This document shows positions 61,372-64,000 of a stretch of 64,000 nucleotides of DNA, piece by piece (positions within the stretch are counted from its first letter, which is position 1; each line of letters begins with the position of its first letter). The translations under genes were made by a program, and so were the position numbers. Location of the stretch: the NCBI GenBank assembly GCA_034780895.1, contig JAUZTB010000075.1, forward strand, positions 20,438,664 to 20,502,663, written 5' to 3'. The notes beneath the pieces are model-generated. The model saw nothing but the letters and a program-made list of their open reading frames with translations, searched no databases and was not told the origin of the DNA. The stretch comes from Rhynchobatus australiae. Lineage: Eukaryota.

Positions 61372-61860
61372 AAAGACCAAAACAGACTGCCGGAGGAACT
61401 CAGCGAGTCAAGTAGCAACTGTGGAGGCAAACAATGGCAGTGGGAAGAGGGTGATGGGACAGAGGGTGGAATCGGTGGGGGCTGGGGGAGAGGGGATGGG
61501 AAGGAGGGAGAGAAAGAGAGATATAAAAAAAAAATCGAACGACAGGCAAGTGCGTGTGCAAGAACACCAGGGCTGTGGTTTTGGTTAACTGAAATGTGAA
61601 TACTCAGTGTTCCCCATCCACTCCCCCACCTGGTTCAATCTGCCCATCATACACTCCCCAATTCATTTACCAGCCTCTATCCCACCATCACTCCCTTCAA
61701 CTGTTATATGTTGACAATCATTACTCTTCTCTCTGCCCTGATGCAGTCTCCACCTAAAACGTCAACTAACACATTTTTGCCTCCACGGATGCTGTTTCAC
61801 CTGCTGAGTTTTTCCGTGTTACTTTTTCTCTGTTCTAGATTCCAGTAACTGTAATCTCTT
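61372..61860. mobile_element. Non-autonomous element bounded by inverted Penelope tails
   Basis: Left gactgccggaggaactcagcgagtcaagtagcaactgtggaggcaaa is inverted relative to right tttgcctccacggatgctgtttcacctgctgagtttttccg. A hammerhead-like cctgatgcagtctccacctaaaacgtc lies at about 61737. Confidence 0.65.
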
Positions 61861-63149
61861 TCCCTTGACCCTGTAAAGCTTTTCCCCCACAGGTATCTGG
61901 GGTCTTGTGCCACATAGCCACCAGTGGTAGACAGGTAGGGGGGAGCAACCGTGGAAGTCCTCAATAATTGGTGCAGACCAAGGCAACATTTAAGCACAAC
62001 ATCTGCAAGTAACCATCACACAACACATTTCAGGCAATGACTATCTCCAAGAACAGAGTCGAACTACTATCACAAAGCTGCCCACCATCAACAGCCAAGG
62101 GTCAGAATTGAAGAGAAACTGAACCAGACACGCATGATTGCGATTACAGGAACAGGTCAAAGGCTGGTCATCCTGCAGAGAACTTACCTTCCAGCACTCC
62201 AAAACATTCCCATCGCTCACAAGGACACAAGTCAGGAACCTGATAGAAAACACTCCACATTCTTGGGCACGTGCGGCTCCAACAACTTCCAAATAGATTA
62301 GCACCACCCTGGACAAAGCAGCCCACCAATCACGGGTCATTTTTGGATAAAAAATCCGTAACCAGTTGATTGCTGATGACACAAGGATCGGTGGGTTATG
62401 AGGAGGACATAAAGAGTCTGCAGAAGATATGGACAGGGTCTGAGGGAGCAGAAAGTTGTTTGATGGAGCATAATATAATATGGAAAATGCGAGGCAAGCC
62501 ACTTTGAAAGGAACAATGAAAAAACCCAAAATCTATATGTGTACTGAAACTACAATTTTACAGTACAAATGGACCAGAATCCTTCAGCGTCAACACAGAG
62601 CTAGCCTGTAAATACAGCAACTAGGAAGATAATAGAACATTGGCCATGTTAAAAGGATGAGGAGTGTAAAAGCAGATAAGTTTTGATACAACCTGCCAGG
62701 GAATACAAGGGCAGCAGGTTCATGGGATGCCATCACCTGTAGGTTTCCATATCGGAAATATATCACCATTCTTTCTGCATGTTGGGGTCAAAATTGTGAA
62801 CCCCCTCCTCAAACAGTATCAGATTTATTCTTCTAATTGGGTTGGCGGCTCACAAAACCTGATCAAGGAGCCTCCCAGCAATATATGCTGAAACATGAAT
62901 ACATACTGCTAACACAAGCCCTCAAAACAAGCAAAGAGAGAGCAAACGGGAAGCATTACAATTTTGGAAAAACATTGGACAGCCTGGGTTGTTTGTTTTG
63001 GAACTCCTAGAGGGGGGGGAGGGTGTACATTTTTTTTTAATCGTACACGAATAAATCGGAAAAGCCTATTCTCGCAGAATAACTGCAGAATCACAGGCTG
63101 CGCTGCAGCAGTTAGTGGGATCGGAGAGGATATCCAGCAACAACCCCCG

Positions 63150-63930
63150 GCCCCACAAACAACCAGAGAGACGGCTCTGAAACTCACAGCTTAGTTGGGC
63201 AACACGGGCAAAAACACACCCAGGTGGGCATGAGCCGTAGGTGTGATTACGCTGTTTAACTCTCTCGTTCTGTACGGACGCAATGGGCAGAATGGCCATT
63301 TCCTGCGTCCTCGAACCGTTGGTACAAGATCGACCCAGAATTGATCCAGGCGAGAGTCCGGATCACACTGCCGGACAGGGTGGTGGGGACACCCGAGTGG
63401 ATGGACCGACTCCGGCGATCGGTCGCTTCCGGAAGCCAGCAGTTAGCGGCGGCTCGGTGTGAAAGCGCCGAACGGCCGGTCAGTAATGAACCTGTCACTG
63501 CCCAGCATCAGTCCGCACCTTCCGTGGAAACTACTCACCGATGACAATGCCACCCTGCCCGTCTCCCACGGCAGCCCCCGTCCCCCAGGAAGGGAAGGGT
63601 GGGGGGGAGTAACCCACCCCCATTGCCGGCCCCGCAGAACATCCGCTGCTGCCACAAAGCGGCAGGAAACCATCGCCCTTCCGGGACTCCGCGGTACCCA
63701 CATGCGCATTGGGCTCCGGGGGCGGGTCCTCAGCAAACAACCCCGCAGCTTCTGGAAATCTACGGTAAAGGGCGAGGTGGAGGGGGGCGGGGACGGGGTC
63801 GCTCAATCCCCATCCCCACACCCGCTGCCCACCGACCCGCCGCGCCCCTGGGTCAGCGCCTCCCACACGGTGCCAGGTCCCGCGCTCGGTTCCCGGCCCG
63901 GCACACACTTCACATCCGCTGCTGGATCCT
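63150..63930. promoter_or_regulatory. CpG island / probable promoter with a minus-strand donor at 63539
   Basis: High GC and CpG density. GC boxes (ggggcggg), ETS (cttccggaag) and an NRF1-like site (catgcgcat). The minus-strand donor reads CG|GTGAGT. Confidence 0.65.
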
Positions 63931-64000
63931 TAAACCCCAGTTCCATTTGCATTTCTCTGGCCTCAGGAAGTCAGAAACAGCAGGAGTTGGCCATTCAGCT

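Noticed and set aside
62909-63908. Several GC-rich ORFs at the window end
   Set aside because: No recognisable domain; expected from stop-poor CpG-island sequence.

Overview
Eukaryotic, intron-rich vertebrate DNA with many N gaps. The repeat content (Penelope-like, CR1, Rex1/Babar and Tx1 LINEs, V-SINE-type tRNA SINEs) and the gene families point to a cartilaginous fish, probably a batoid (inference). Three multi-copy gene families sit together. (1) On +, the 3' part of a group-B SRCR membrane receptor of the CD163/WC1/SCART type: five SRCR exons, a linker, a TM exon and a Tyr-containing tail (4108-26043). (2) On -, two adjacent GPR139-like GPCR paralogues, one frameshifted (30864-32192). (3) On -, an NLR-type gene with ATG exon, CARD-like exons and ribonuclease-inhibitor-type LRR exons (33187-54883), but no visible NACHT exon; two decayed exons of an unrelated gene lie where it should be. 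Other notable items are a two-LTR non-autonomous element with a perfect 5-bp TSD and unexplained A-rich interior, an ERV 5' end (LTR, PBS, B-box-like hairpin array, gag start), an inverted-pLTR Penelope copy with decayed hammerhead motifs, and a terminal CpG island. Near-identical sequence flanks many 100-N gaps, so some apparent duplications and the missing NACHT may be assembly effects. All identities are by eye; no database searches were run.
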